64,000 nt of DNA, taken from Phyllosticta citribraziliensis (taxonomy: Eukaryota). The notes beneath the pieces were generated by a model. That model saw nothing but the letters and a program-made list of their open reading frames with translations. It searched no databases and was not told where the DNA came from. Position numbers and translations under genes: made by a program. Positions 25,094 through 37,780 of the stretch are shown piece by piece (the stretch's first letter is position 1; each line of letters opens with the position of its first letter). The stretch is from positions 2,232,001-2,296,000 of the forward strand of contig NW_027117343.1 of NCBI RefSeq assembly GCF_038025025.1, in the 5' to 3' direction.

Positions 25094-26548
25094 GGTCGAG
25101 AAGAACAGCGGGATGGAGTCGTAGGAATTGATCGAGACATCCGATTTTCCGTGATGGCCGCCAGGCGGTGCAGATAGAGCGAGTCAAGTGGTCAGGTTCC
25201 TGAGGGAGCGACAAACAAGCAAGGTCAAGCTTTGTCAAGGCGAGGACCGCCCCGCTGCTCTCACCCCACGTCCACCCGTCATCTTTCCACAGATGTCGAC
25301 CATGAAATCGATGTCGGTTGACCGGCACTGCCATGCCACTCCTCAATTGCGTGGCTCTGGCGATTGGTGTGTAGTTGTGTGAAAGCTTCGCCCGTTTGGC
25401 GCCGGCACCGGCGACGAAGAAAATGACGTAGCCGAGCAAGGTATCCTTTCGTCGCGTCGACTTGCGAGATGGGGATCGTCCAAGGCATCCCCAGGCCATC
25501 AAGGCGGATGGAAAACAAAGGCAATAGCGAGTCAGTCGCTGTGCTGCATTTAAAGTTGATGCTTGTCCAGGTTTCTGAGCGCGGCTCGAAACTCTTGTTT
25601 TGACAGCGAACGCAACAACCACCATTTCATTCTTGAATCACCTATTGGTCAAATGGAAGAGAAGGTCATATTCCTTACGCCGGTATTCGAAGGAAGAGGA
25701 AAAGGCAAGGTGATGCACCCATTTATCTTTCTTTGATGTTCTGTCAGCAAAGACAGCATTGGTTTGAAGGTGGAAAAAGGTGACAGGGGAAGAGTTCTGG
25801 GAAAACAACAGAGGTGTCTCATATGCAACCTTGGGACCCCCATCTTTGTGCTCAAAACGAAATTAGGGAGTCACCCCCAGAGCCTCCTCTGCGCTACCCC
25901 TCTCACACCGACCTGTCCCATCTACAACGTGCCTGCCAATCACCCCACAAACACCGCATGGCCCAAGCCTACAGTCCACGCGACGCGCAAATCTCAGCAG
26001 CGTTCCAGACCGTTTAGATCACGGCTCGCCTGGAAAGTTGAAGCCGACAGCCAAACCAGCTGTGGGCTGCGGAACAACAGACGCATTCTAGAAAACCCCA
26101 TGCCAGGGTCTTTTGTAGCATGTGCTTGCGCGGCCATCTGCTCGCCAAGGTGCCGAGTTACAAACCCGCGACATTTGTCTTGCCGACTTTTTCAGGCCTG
26201 AGGAGAAGCATCAGGAGAATGGATGGAACGGTGATGCGGCCGTTAGATGGATACAGGAAAGTTTCCCGAGCGTCGACCTCCCTTGTCGGTCATGTCGATG
26301 ACTGTGGGAGGACCCCAGAGAAGCGGAGAAGGCCGTGTGATGATGCAGTCTTCTACCTTGCCACGGAAAGGTAAAGGGCAGGCCTGGATGATAAGGTCGG
26401 CAGGCGGAGGTAGTTGCGAAACCTGGAAATGGGGAAGATAAAAGAAAATGGTAGAAGCGCGCGCCTGCAGGAAGGAACATGTACAGCAACGCATCCATCA
26501 GTTGCGGAGTGGATAGAAATTGTACCCAGATAGACCACCTCTGTCCCA

Positions 26549-27150
26549 TTATCTTGGCAATCCCACCAAAAGCAACTGCCGCGGTCGCTGGCCTGACCAT
26601 GTTTGACAAAGCCTTTTCTCACCAACAAAATCTTCACAACAATCACAAGCGTGGAATCTTCCGTCCTTCAAGTCGCCGACGCGTAATGTCGTCGCCGGGG
26701 AAGGGTGGACGCGCGTGCAGGCCCAGGACCGGCCACCACAAACACCATGATGCGCGCGCGGACGTTCCGTTTGATCGCTCTCGCTTGGCGGTTGCTCCCG
26801 GGGTGGCTGCTGCTGCTGCTGGCGCAAGAGCCCAGACGAGACCTGATCGGAGACACTGCACGGTGACGCCCGACGAAGCGTAGCGACGGCCGTGGAGATC
26901 AAGGGGTCAGACTGTACGGCTGGCTGCTTCTGCGGCGCCTCGCCTGACACCTGGGTCGCAGGGCTGGCCAGGTGGTGGACCTGTTGACAAGGGTTGGTGG
27001 AGCGTGCTTCTTGTTCGGGCAGCTAGAAATTAGAGACGCGCGTGCGAGACGGCTTCAGGTCGGAGACGTCCCGGGAAGCGACTGTACATGGCAAGTCGAA
27101 GAGACGCGCTGGGAGAAACGAATGGAGCTGACATTGAAGCGTGCGTGCAT
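26549..27150 (-). CDS. Possible orphan two-exon gene (about 178 aa)
   Basis: ATG at 27150. Candidate intron 27087-27023 (GTACAG..CTAAT..TAG) joins in frame to the ORF ending at 26549. No recognisable motif. Confidence 0.2.
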
Positions 27151-27444
27151 GCAATGAAGAAGGCCACTGGAGGCAAAAGGTATGATCACCAGGGAGGTGG
27201 GTATTTACAGCGTGTGAAAAGAAGTGCGCAGAAAGACTAGCCAGCCAGCTTTGACGACAGAAGGTGTGGAGGTGGGTGATGCGGACGTGATGTCGTAAAC
27301 AACAAAGGCAAGATAAAAAGAAGTGCAAATGCAAATGCAGAAGACAAGATAAGCAAGCAAGGGGTGTCAAAGAAAGAAAACGGCATCGCAAACTCCCTCA
27401 ACTTTTCCCTTTTTAAGCTTCGAAGCGCAATGCTCAGAGCCTCC

Positions 27445-28037
27445 TCATGCGCATGTGACACCGGTGATGTTGTAGTCACCGGTAACGCCAGAGTTGGGCG
27501 CGCCGGAGTTGCCAGCAATCAGCCATGAGCCGACCCATGGTTGGAGGACAGCAGAGAGCTCATCGAGGCTCTTGTAGCCAGGGATTGTGTTGGCTTTGAA
27601 AAAAACCGAGTAAGGGGCTTTGGCGGTGTTGGACCAGTCGCAGTAAGACTGTCACTCTGTTAGATCTTTGGTGTCGGAAGAATTTTGCGAGGCCATGACT
27701 GCAAGGTGCTGTAATTAAAAGTGGCACTTACAGAGTCAAAAGAGGACATGTCTGTCGAGTTTGTCCATTTGATCATGGTCTCTGCGGATTTTGTCAGACT
27801 CGTTTTGCTTTTTTGACACATTGCTTCTTGTTGCCTCGAAACCGCACCAAGCAACAAGAAGCAAGTAGAGAACTTACTCATAGTGATAATCTCGCCCGGG
27901 GCTGAGGGAGTAGTCATGGTACTGGCAAGGTCGATGGTGCATCCAGAGGCGGCCCTGGGTTCCAGCGAAGTAGGAAGTGCCACGGCGGGAGCGGAGACGA
28001 CCAACGCGGCCATGGCGACGGAAAGAATGTTGACCAT
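27445..28037 (-). CDS. Small secreted protein, 137 aa, effector candidate (3 exons)
   Basis: Exons 28037-27878, 27781-27732 and 27648-27445 with GTAAGT donors. Signal peptide, LEPR pro-motif and 3 Cys. TATATAAA at 28195-28188. Confidence 0.8.
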
Positions 28038-29764
28038 TTTGGAAGACAAGATAGAGTGATGGTAAATGTGAGGATGAGGAATAGTCAAAGATGTCAAGGG
28101 TGAAGATCTTTAATATGTTGATCCGATGGTAGGGAACCTCCGAATTTGTTGTGCCTTGGTAAATGTATTGTTCAACTTGGCCCTACCTTTATATACAAGA
28201 ACCACATGCCATGATAAACATGTCTCAGCCGGGAGCATCTATCACGTCGGACCGGCGGCGCTGCCCTGTGGGCGTTGCGAGTCAGGCCAGTCCAAGCGTG
28301 ACGGGGTGTCCGGAGGAAGCATGCCCCAATCACGCTACAGTCCAGCGCCCCATGGATCCATCATCTAGTGGCCAAACAGGGCAGGTGTGCTATGGTCCTG
28401 TACGTCGGGACTAGCCGTTGGTCCATGGATCGAAAATGTGAAATTTGAGAGCCGCCACAGAGGAGTCGTGGCACTAGGGAAAAATGATTGCTCTCCAGCG
28501 GGCAGCGACAGCGGCCAGCTTTTGATTTGACGTATGACGCTGGCTGCAGTGGGCGCTGGCGAGCGGTCCGCGTATGCAAGTGGTGGCTGGCGCTTTGACG
28601 GGCATCCCAATCAAGCCCTGCGATTCTCTTGGTCTGGGCCTATAGGCGTACTGCAGCCGGTCGACGTACCTACCTCGTGGCGATGCGGGCAAGAAACGAT
28701 TTCAACGGCGCGGCCAACTGGGCCAACTAGAGGCATGGGCTGCGGTGCTTGTCCAGGACCTGCGGATAAGTGCATCGTCCGGCCGTGGCGCAGGAGAGCG
28801 GTGGGTTGATAATGCTGACCAACTGGCGACCGTCCTGCTTGGTGACATGATCAGACCAAGTGGAGAAAGTCCAGGATGAAGGCTCGATCGAATCTTTCAA
28901 AAAGACCAATTCTGCCGCCGGGCTGAAGACTGCTGAGGGAAAATAGTGTGAGAGGGTCCGATAGAGGTCTGACTGACTTTTGAACAGAGCCGTGGCTGTT
29001 CCTCGGTCTCGTCCCTTGGGCCAATCACCACTAGCTATACAGGTTTGGGGTTACGCGGCGGGATGCCTTGATCTGGCAAGTAGACCTCCATTCGCTGACC
29101 GACTTGCTTGAAAATTTATTCTTCTTGACCGGCTTGTTGATTGCGGCCTCGGACGATGTGGAAGGCAGAAAAATTGGTTAATATGTCGTGTTCTGGCGAA
29201 TAGTGTCTCGGGGAGGACGGGCAGGGCATTGCGCAATCTCGGTCGCATAATGGGCATCGACCAGACGTAGCACTGCTTGCATTTTCCGGTTTCTTACTCG
29301 CCCACCGACGTCGTCGCCAACCAGTTTGCATTGCCCAACGGGTATCCGGGTGAGTTGCCAAATGATCTTGGCGGATGGATGCCGGATGTTGTGCCCACTT
29401 CAGCTACCGAGCGCGTGAGCCCCTGCAGGTGCCAGAGGCAGACGGCACTTTCTGCGAGACAACTACTCCGTAAGCAAGGGCGGTTCTATTCCGTCGAACC
29501 AGGCCAGTAGCCAGAGCCTTCGCGATCGTGCCTCGATGAAACCAGTATCTCAAAGAAAAAGCAGACCGGCGCATATCCAAACTGGACAGGCTTGCCGAGA
29601 TGGCCCCCAGGATTATTGCAAGTTGCCACGAGAGAGGCAGGAGACTGTACTGCGATCGCGTTTGATGATGTGGGACTGGTCGATTCTTCTGTGCCCCTCA
29701 ATCCTGGCGCTAGCCCCATCACCGTCACTTTCCGTCCTCACTCTGCAGTCCACCCGTCTACTCA

Positions 29765-31581
29765 TCAGACGTGCCTCCGACGCGCCCACTTGGTCAAGAA
29801 TTCCCTGCCCTCCAGCCTATAGGTGTCTTGTTCGACATAGCACCCGCCTTGTTGGTCGGTCTGCAGCACCAGGTTCAGTCCTGTGGCATTTCCGCCAGAG
29901 TTGTACCTCGGCCAATAAGGAAGCCCCTCTCCATTCGGGTCTCCGTCGTGGGCAAATCGAATCCAAAGGCTGCTCATCAGTCCACTCAGCCTCTCGTACC
30001 CCGCCCATGGCCCCACGGTGCTCGGGTTATTGAAAACAAACGCCACCTCGCTGAAATGCTCGACGCCCTTGTACGCGGGCGCCAGCTCTCCAACATAGTC
30101 TGTGTAGGTAGCATTCGTGGCGTTCTCAAAGGGCCGCGTGTTGAAGCGGTAGACAAATGTGGGTGCGTGATCGGCATAGTGTCGAGCGTCATCCAGCCTT
30201 GGCGCGTGATAAAAGACGTCGCCCATGATGGCCGCCGCGCGTTTGAATTGCCAACCATAATCGGCGAACCGCTCGTTGCCAGTGTTGAGCGGAATCCCAA
30301 TAGCTGGATCGTCCGGATAGAGCTCCATGATCTGGTCCACGGTGGATTCTGGGAAATCGAAGCCCATGTCGTTCAAGAGGAAACTTCGAAGATCATCGTC
30401 CGTGTTGATGATTCCGACTGGCGCGTTGTCGGTACCCTCGTCGGAGTTCGTCCCATAAAGATGCGGAATGTGCGCAAATCGACCGGCCCGTATTAACTCA
30501 GTTGGATAGTTTGGAATGACATCGCCGTCCACAGTGGGATAGAAACCGGGGCCAGGGTGCGTCGAGGCGTTCATGAATGGGTACAGTTCCGGGTAGGGGA
30601 TCGCTCTCAGACATTCCACCTTGTCTACTGCAGAACTGCAGTTGACGCTATCCACAATTTTGTCGAAGATAGGCTGATACCAATCCGTACCATTGTACCA
30701 CGCAGTTGCAGCGCTGCCACTTTCTTGGATAGATCGATGAAAGAGACCATCTGTGCGACCACCATAGCTAAGTACCAGTTGCCCCTAAACAGAGTCAGAA
30801 GATCCATCTAATAAGAAGACTGTCCACTTACTACTGCAAATGAACCCGAGGATTCGCCCCAAATGGTTACCGAACCTGGATCTCCCCCAAAAGCCTTGAT
30901 GTTCTCTTGAATCCAGGCAAGACCTTGCCGCATGTCTCTCAGCGCAAGATTGGTGTTGCCACTTCCCTGCGGAAATATTAGAACCGTCCTGCGTGCATGT
31001 GTCTCGTCATTACCTGGAGTTCAATGGAGTACATGTTTCCCCACGAGCTTTTGCGGTAGTTGATGCTAGCGCCAATGATTGGTTTTCCGATTTCCACAGA
31101 TTTTTCTACAATATACGTGAGATTGTAGTTCGAGAGACCACTGGTTCCCACCTGATAGCTAAGAAAGTCTCAGCTGGGTCGCTTGTCTCATGTTTGGCAC
31201 TCACCTTCCGCCATGAATCCAAAGCAGAATGGGAAGTTTCGTGGTTGTGTTGGTCCCAGCGGGTCTGACAATGTTGATGGAAAGACAATTCTCGCTCATG
31301 CCATAGATTGCATCCGAGTCCGGATTCGCGTCTGGACAGGCATCGCTGTAGTTCTTGGCTGCACGCGTCCCGTTCCAAGTTTCTGTGAGCGTTTGAGGTA
31401 TCCTGAAGCGATTTTGCAATCCAGTGTCCTGAGCATAGGGAATGCCAAGGAAGAGATCTTGCCCGAATTGCGGAAGGTACAGACCGGAATAGCTACCATT
31501 TTTGACGGTGACAATAGGATCCGCTGAGGCTGTGGCAATCAGTAGCGAGGCAATGATGACTGCTGATCTGCGTGAGCGCAT
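29765..31581 (-). CDS. Secreted type-B carboxylesterase/lipase (4 exons)
   Basis: Signal peptide, [22 protein letters not shown], nucleophile motif WGESSG, DEG and GVEHFSEV. Confidence 0.93.
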
Positions 31582-34317
31582 CGTGGACCAATGCTGCAAG
31601 CGGTTTCGATTGCTTGCGTAGAATGATCGTTCTTGCAGCAACTTCAAGGCGAGCCAACGACTTTCAAGGGTGCTGTTCAGGAACAAGAGTGGGATGCTGG
31701 CATATCGCTATCGGATCTGGAAATTGGCGGGGAAGTGTGAGATCGGTTGCTGGTGTAGTACGAGATAAGATGCACCTCAGCCGGCGTAACATGAAGACTT
31801 CCATTGCCTCGAACATGAAGTCCCAGAGGATAGACTCCGTTGTCAAAGCGCGCTCGACCTAGAAGCTGACCGGACTTTTGAGACAGGCTTCAAAGTGAGC
31901 GTGGCATTTTGTCTTTCCGGTACAGTTGCTCGGACATTGAAGTGACGGACCGATCCTCACTGTGGATAGCGAAAGGGATGGCGATTCTGAATACCGTGAT
32001 TGGGCCGAAGGGGCGTTTGTTCACCGGCACCACAGCCAGGTCTATGGAACTGTCGTTCATCACGACAGCTAGCAGTACGCCGATAAGACGTTCATTCAGC
32101 AATGGGTCTGTGCTCAAGGAGCATCTTACTCTCTTCCTCGCAAGAAATGCTGGCCGGGACTTTGGTAGAAGCCGAGGGAGGGAGATGTTGCAGACCATCT
32201 CTCCCAACGATGGAAGGCAAAAGCAGGTAACAACCTCCAACTTTGGTGAAGAAGGCAATCCCTTGCCCGTTCAGAATCCTGGTGATTGCCGGAAAGATGT
32301 GCCAAGCTGGCATTCGAGCCAAAAACCTCACGCGTCGTGTCCGACGGAGACAGCCGCCAGCCCCTCGACATTCCGGGACTTGAAGAGCCGAACAAGTTCC
32401 GCTGTTGGCAATCAGATGCGATGAGATTCGTCGGAGTTCTCTCGATGAGTGCTGGTCGATATCAAGATACACATTGAGGTGGTGGAAAGAGAGCGGAATG
32501 ACAAGCGGACGGCTCGCTTTCGGGCGGACCGTGGCGGCGGTTAGGTTAAGCGACGCTCGAGCCGCTGGATGCGCCCGTCCGATCCTACCCAGTGGTACCC
32601 CCAACACCAACGTCGGGCCTGCCTCCCCACTACACAACACTCATGGAAGCTCTCCTCCACTGGGATCCGCCTCAAACGCGTCCAACATGAGAGCCTTTGT
32701 GCTTTCGCGACAATCCTCCTTGATCTGTCCTTCGATGTTCCCCTCTTTGCCATTGACATATTTTGGCCACGCTCGTTAGCTCTCCGAATCAGAGTAAACA
32801 AACCAGGAATCTGCCAACTTTATCTGGCCTGCCGGCGGGGTTCTAGACTCTGACTGACTTGAGGTGTGATGAAGTCATTTCCATCGCTCCAGGGACCTTG
32901 GGAAGATTTCACACAAGAGCATTTGATTGGAGCCCTAGTCCAGGAGCTCTTCCATGTCTGAGATGTGCGGAAACCTGTAAGAGAAAAGTCCATGATTCGC
33001 AGATTACCCAGCTAGTTCTCCCTCCCAAACTCAAACTCGTTTGTCATCTGCAAACTTCCCATGGTCCTTCACACTTGTGTTTTGTCAGCTCGCTCTTGCA
33101 CCTTGCCGACGCTAAGTAGAACAGACCATGGCACCTTGGATGTGGCCAAGCAAAGCATTCACTGTAACGGCTCAGTATGCGGCACAATCCTTGCCAAAAC
33201 TTGCACTAGACCAGGAACCGAGCTCCGACGCAAGCAATCACATCTGCGAGGAACTACTACAGCCAAGGGACTAGAGATGCTTATTCTGGGGGATCTTCAC
33301 AACCTACTTTCGGACCATCCGCATAGAGAAAGGCGTTGAAACTCTCGCCTACAATCCCCGTCACTCACGAAAGGCGTCTTGTTGCGACGGCTTGGTTGGA
33401 ACAGCCCAATGCCCAGAATCAACAGAGCTAAGACCTTATCACTCCTTGGAGGAGCACCAAGATGCAGAACTGCCACCTGGCGTCTGAGGCGTGATCGCCC
33501 AGTCTCTAGTCTGCCTGGGCAAGGGGCTTCCCTGGTCCATCCAGTGCATGGAAGTAGCGGCTGCACAAAGCTCCTTACTTGCACTGCAACCCACTCGAAA
33601 GTGGCAAACCCTTCCACAAACCGGGAAAATTGAAAATATGACTGCCGTTGACTCTCACCCACCTCAGTAATGAGTTACTAAGACAGCCTTAATCGGCCTG
33701 ATTCCACCTTCTCTGAGAGAAAAACTCCACCAGTGTCGGCCAAGAATCGGACCTAGGCGATTCATTGCGGCCTAACCTCCCGCATACCCAATCTGGTAAC
33801 GACAAACCATGGCTAATTCCTGCAACTTCCAGCCGCTCGCGGTCTTAGAGAGGGGGAGCAAGAAGCATGACCAAAGTCAGACAGCCTTGGAACAAAAGCT
33901 TCGACGAATAGCCCTCGTGCAATTGGTGATTTTGCTGCACAATGGAACCTCTTGTTAGCAGCCACCCTAGTTCTCTTCAGGAACGGACAGCCAGCAAGGA
34001 TCTACTTGCAAGGACAGCGCAGCGAGCAAGGAAGGGAAGAGCTTAACGGGAGAGCTGAACCGCTGAGCCGCCTTCACCTGAGCTGAGCCTGTGCCGCTTC
34101 TCATCTGGATCGGAGGGCATGGTCCCAGTACAGGCTCATCGATGTCGACACTATTACAATTAAGCCGTATGCCCTTCTCCAGGGTTTTGTTTCAACGTCA
34201 CGATTTGCGCCAATCCTCGCCCAAACGTCTTCGACAACATCGGCATGTCGTTATCACCTGCGCTTCTACATGTGGAACACAGTCCTTGAACTCCAGGCGG
34301 ACTGATTTGAATCCACA

Positions 34318-36601
34318 ATGGCCTTGAAGCCCCGCAGCGGCGCCACTGCCAAAGCTCCCATGCCGTACGTGGTCCCCAGCACCAATGAGTGGGACGGCAA
34401 CGATGGATCGTGGTCAACCTTTCGCATCGGGGTGGGCACTCCGCCAGAAGACTTTCGGGTCCTTGTTTCGACCAAGGGATACCAAACGTGGGTGCCACAT
34501 GCCGATGGCTGCACAAAGTCCAACGACGTGAGCAACTGCGCATCTCTGCGTGGCTCGGAGCATTTTCGAACGGCATCGAGCGTTGGATTTCAGAGCAACC
34601 AGAGCTCGACGTGGGAAGCCATAGGAGAGCAAGATCTCGACCTCGAAACCAGCTTGGGCTATGGTGGACAGGGACAGTATGGATACGATACGGTGTACCT
34701 TGGTGCGAGCCAAGAGACGGACACGATCAGTTTGAATCGACAAATAGTGGCTGGATTGAAGGATAAGGATTACTTCCTGGGGGTACTCGGCCTAAGCAGG
34801 ACGTCATCCAAGTTTTCCGGCAAGTCCGTGCCGAGTATCTTTGAAAATCTCAAGGACGAAAACATCATACCAAGTTGGTCATATGGCTATACGGCTGGGG
34901 CGTCATATCGTAAGGCAGAGTACGGTCCCTTCTCTACTCATACTGACAACGTGTGTAGAAACGAACAAAGTTCCTGGGAGCTTGATATTAGGAGGCTACG
35001 ACCAAACACGTCTTGAACCTACCAAATTCAACTTTACCTTTACCTCGACCGGTGACGACAATGACTACAGCAAGAGTTTAAGCGTTTCCGTCGAGTCGAT
35101 AGAAGTCTCAAATACGCTCTCGGGGAGCTCAGAGAAATTGTCTGCCTCGTCACACGTTTCCATCATTGACACCACAGTCGCGCAACTCTGGCTTCCGGTC
35201 GACACTTGCTCCAAGTTCGAATCCGCCTTTGGCATCACTTATGACGCAACAACAGGCCTCTACACGATCAATGAGACGACTCGCACCAAGCTCAAAACCA
35301 TCAATCCCACCATCACCATTGCTCTTGCTGACCCATCTGGACCCACCAATGAAGACGGGTCATCCACCACAACAAGCATACAGCTTCCTTTTGCCGCATT
35401 CGACCTGCAGGCCTCTTGGCCTTATTACGAAAATCCCACTTACTACTTTCCCATCCGCCGGGCCGCAAACGACTCGCAATACACGCTCGGCCGTACCCTG
35501 TTGCAAGAAGCCTACCTGATTGTCGATGAAGAGCGACGCAACTTTTCACTGGCACAAGCAAAATTTCCCAATCCTCTACCCGATCCCGACATCGTTGCCA
35601 TCCACGCGCCATCGGGTGACGACGGCAAATCCGACTCGGCGCAGCCAACCTCCTCACCGCTGTCCAAAAACCCAGCCAAGATTGGCGTCGCCGTCGGCGC
35701 CGCCGCTGGCGTAGTCGTCATCTTGGTACTGCTCTGGCTTTGGTGGCGACGAAGACACCGAAGCAGGCGCGATGTCACAGGGGTGCGGCGCCGCGTCGAC
35801 TCGGAAGTGCCGTCTGCCAACTGGGACAAGAGCTACATGGAAGTGCTTCAACGACCGGTCGAATCGAGTGGCAATGAGCTATCTGAACTGGCGACGACGG
35901 GCACCACTACCACGGGCACCACAACGACGACGGGCACCATGGTCACCGCAGCGGAGAGGAGTCAAAAGGGGGGAACTGTGCCCAGGCAGGCCAGTTTCGA
36001 AGACATGCTGCCGCCACCTGCACCGCCGCCCCCTGTACCTCCTCCCCCTGTTCCGTCGGACCAGCAGCCCGCGCCTCCCCCTCTCAACGCTTCAATGCCA
36101 CCAGTAATACAACAAGTACCTTCGCAACAATCACTGAGCTCCAGGACGAACATGCGGAGCAATGACTCTGGTGTTGCCGAGGTGGCGGCAGGCATGCAGC
36201 AACGGTGGCAAGCGCAGAATCGACGGCGGCAAGAATCGCAGAGGCGGCGAAGAGAAGAGTCAATGTCGACAATCCAATCGCGCGCCGAAGAGCCGCAGCC
36301 ACCACAAACACCAGCGTCCCGCTCCACCAAGTCGCGGGAGGCATCCAAGTCCCGCGAGCAGTCCAAATCTAGGGAGCAATCTAAGTCGCGCACGCAATCC
36401 AAGTCGAGAGAGCGTGCGAGAACAAATTCCAGGTCACGCGAGCGACGGAAAGCACAGCGAGCGACTGTGGGCGCCACAGCTGCGGATAGCCGACCGCCGA
36501 CGAGAGAGAAGCCCGTTGGCGAAGACTTGGATCCGTGGGGTGGACGCATTGGCAGGAAAGCTGGAGGACGAGAGGAGCTGTTGTACCCTGGACGGCTCTG
36601 A
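34318..36601 (+). CDS. Membrane-anchored peptidase A1 (pepsin-fold) protein with a degenerate active site and long cytosolic tail (2 exons)
   Basis: Motifs WDGNDGSWSTFRIGVGTPP, GSLILGGYD, IIDTT and YTLGRTLLQEAYLIVD. TM segment IGVAVGAAAGVVVILVLLWLWW followed by RRR. Intron at about 34910-34958. 5' end uncertain. Confidence 0.85.
36325..36445 (+). repeat. 18-nt coding repeat encoding (S/T)KSRE(A/Q) units
   Basis: Translates as TKSREASKSREQSKSREQSKSRTQSKSRERARTNSRSRER. Confidence 0.8.
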
Positions 36602-37780
36602 GAAGGCCACAGCCCAAGCTGTCCGCAAAGGGTGCGGACATTGTGAGCGGGTCATGAAAAAGATGGCGTAATACTTTCGAAGAGGTGGTGCTGCGTTTTG
36701 AAATATCGACAGATAGTCACGTTGCAGAGGATGCTGAACGACAAAACTACCGATGGACGTCGACATCGCGATCCAAAACGCAGCAACCATCTCCTGTACA
36801 GCTCTTTGCTCGCACATTGCTGCTGGCTGCCGGCTAGCCTGTCAGGTTTGTGTGGCTTCAACTGTGTATATTCAACAATGATTAGGACAGGCTGACTCGG
36901 CGGCCTTGTATACTATTGAAGTTTGACTGTAAGGTCATCTCCTCTGCCTTGTTGGATGTTGACAGGAATGAGACTCCCTGTATCTAGCTGTAGTAATGAA
37001 CGATAGCTCCCAAGATCCCATTCCTTTCGACACTGTGCCTCCACTGCAAACAACACCCAGGACACCGAGTCTTAGCCACACACGTCTCCATGGCTTCACG
37101 CGCCCCAAGGCCCCCCGCCATCCCTTGCCACAACCTACGCCCTTCTAATCCGCGGCGTCGGATTTGCAAACGCTGTCGGATTTGACCTGCCCGCACAAAT
37201 CCGACGCGCACCCCCGGCCGGGCGAGTGCAGGAGAAGCATTTCGAAGGAGAGGAGTTGACCGGGCCTAGGTGCGGGAACAACTGGGTCCGCTGACGGCAT
37301 GCGTACGGTGCATTCGGCTGGCCGTTGGCTCTACGTGGGGGCAGTCGCCCCGCCTGGCACGCTCCTACGTCCTTTTTACGTGAGTGTTACTTGCAGCCTC
37401 GGAGAAAGTGCGCGTCCAGTCCGATTGTTTCCGTTCCTTGCGCTTCGGAGGGAGGGTGGATGCGTTGTGGTGGGGATGCTTTTTTGGGCCCGGTGCTGGC
37501 GGTGGGAGCAGTCGGAGTTCTGTTCTGATTCTCGTGGCTCGTATATCGAAGAGCTGGGTGGTCTTCACTACTGACAGACGGACAGGATGACGGTGAAGAG
37601 GCACAGTAGCTGACAGCATCACGCCTGGATCATCAGACAGCTTGATGACGGATCCACCTGCTCGTGGCCATTGACTTGTGTGCAGAGAGATCCGTCCGAA
37701 GTTTGCGCGCCGGTACTTAATGGTGGCAGCATGATGGCGCTGCTGACCATATCTTCACTTTTAAATTCTTTCCGGCAACC

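Noticed and set aside
31700..34300. Possible gene remnant between the carboxylesterase and the protease (intron-like signals near 32070-32130)
   Set aside because: No consistent frame or recognisable domain could be assembled.
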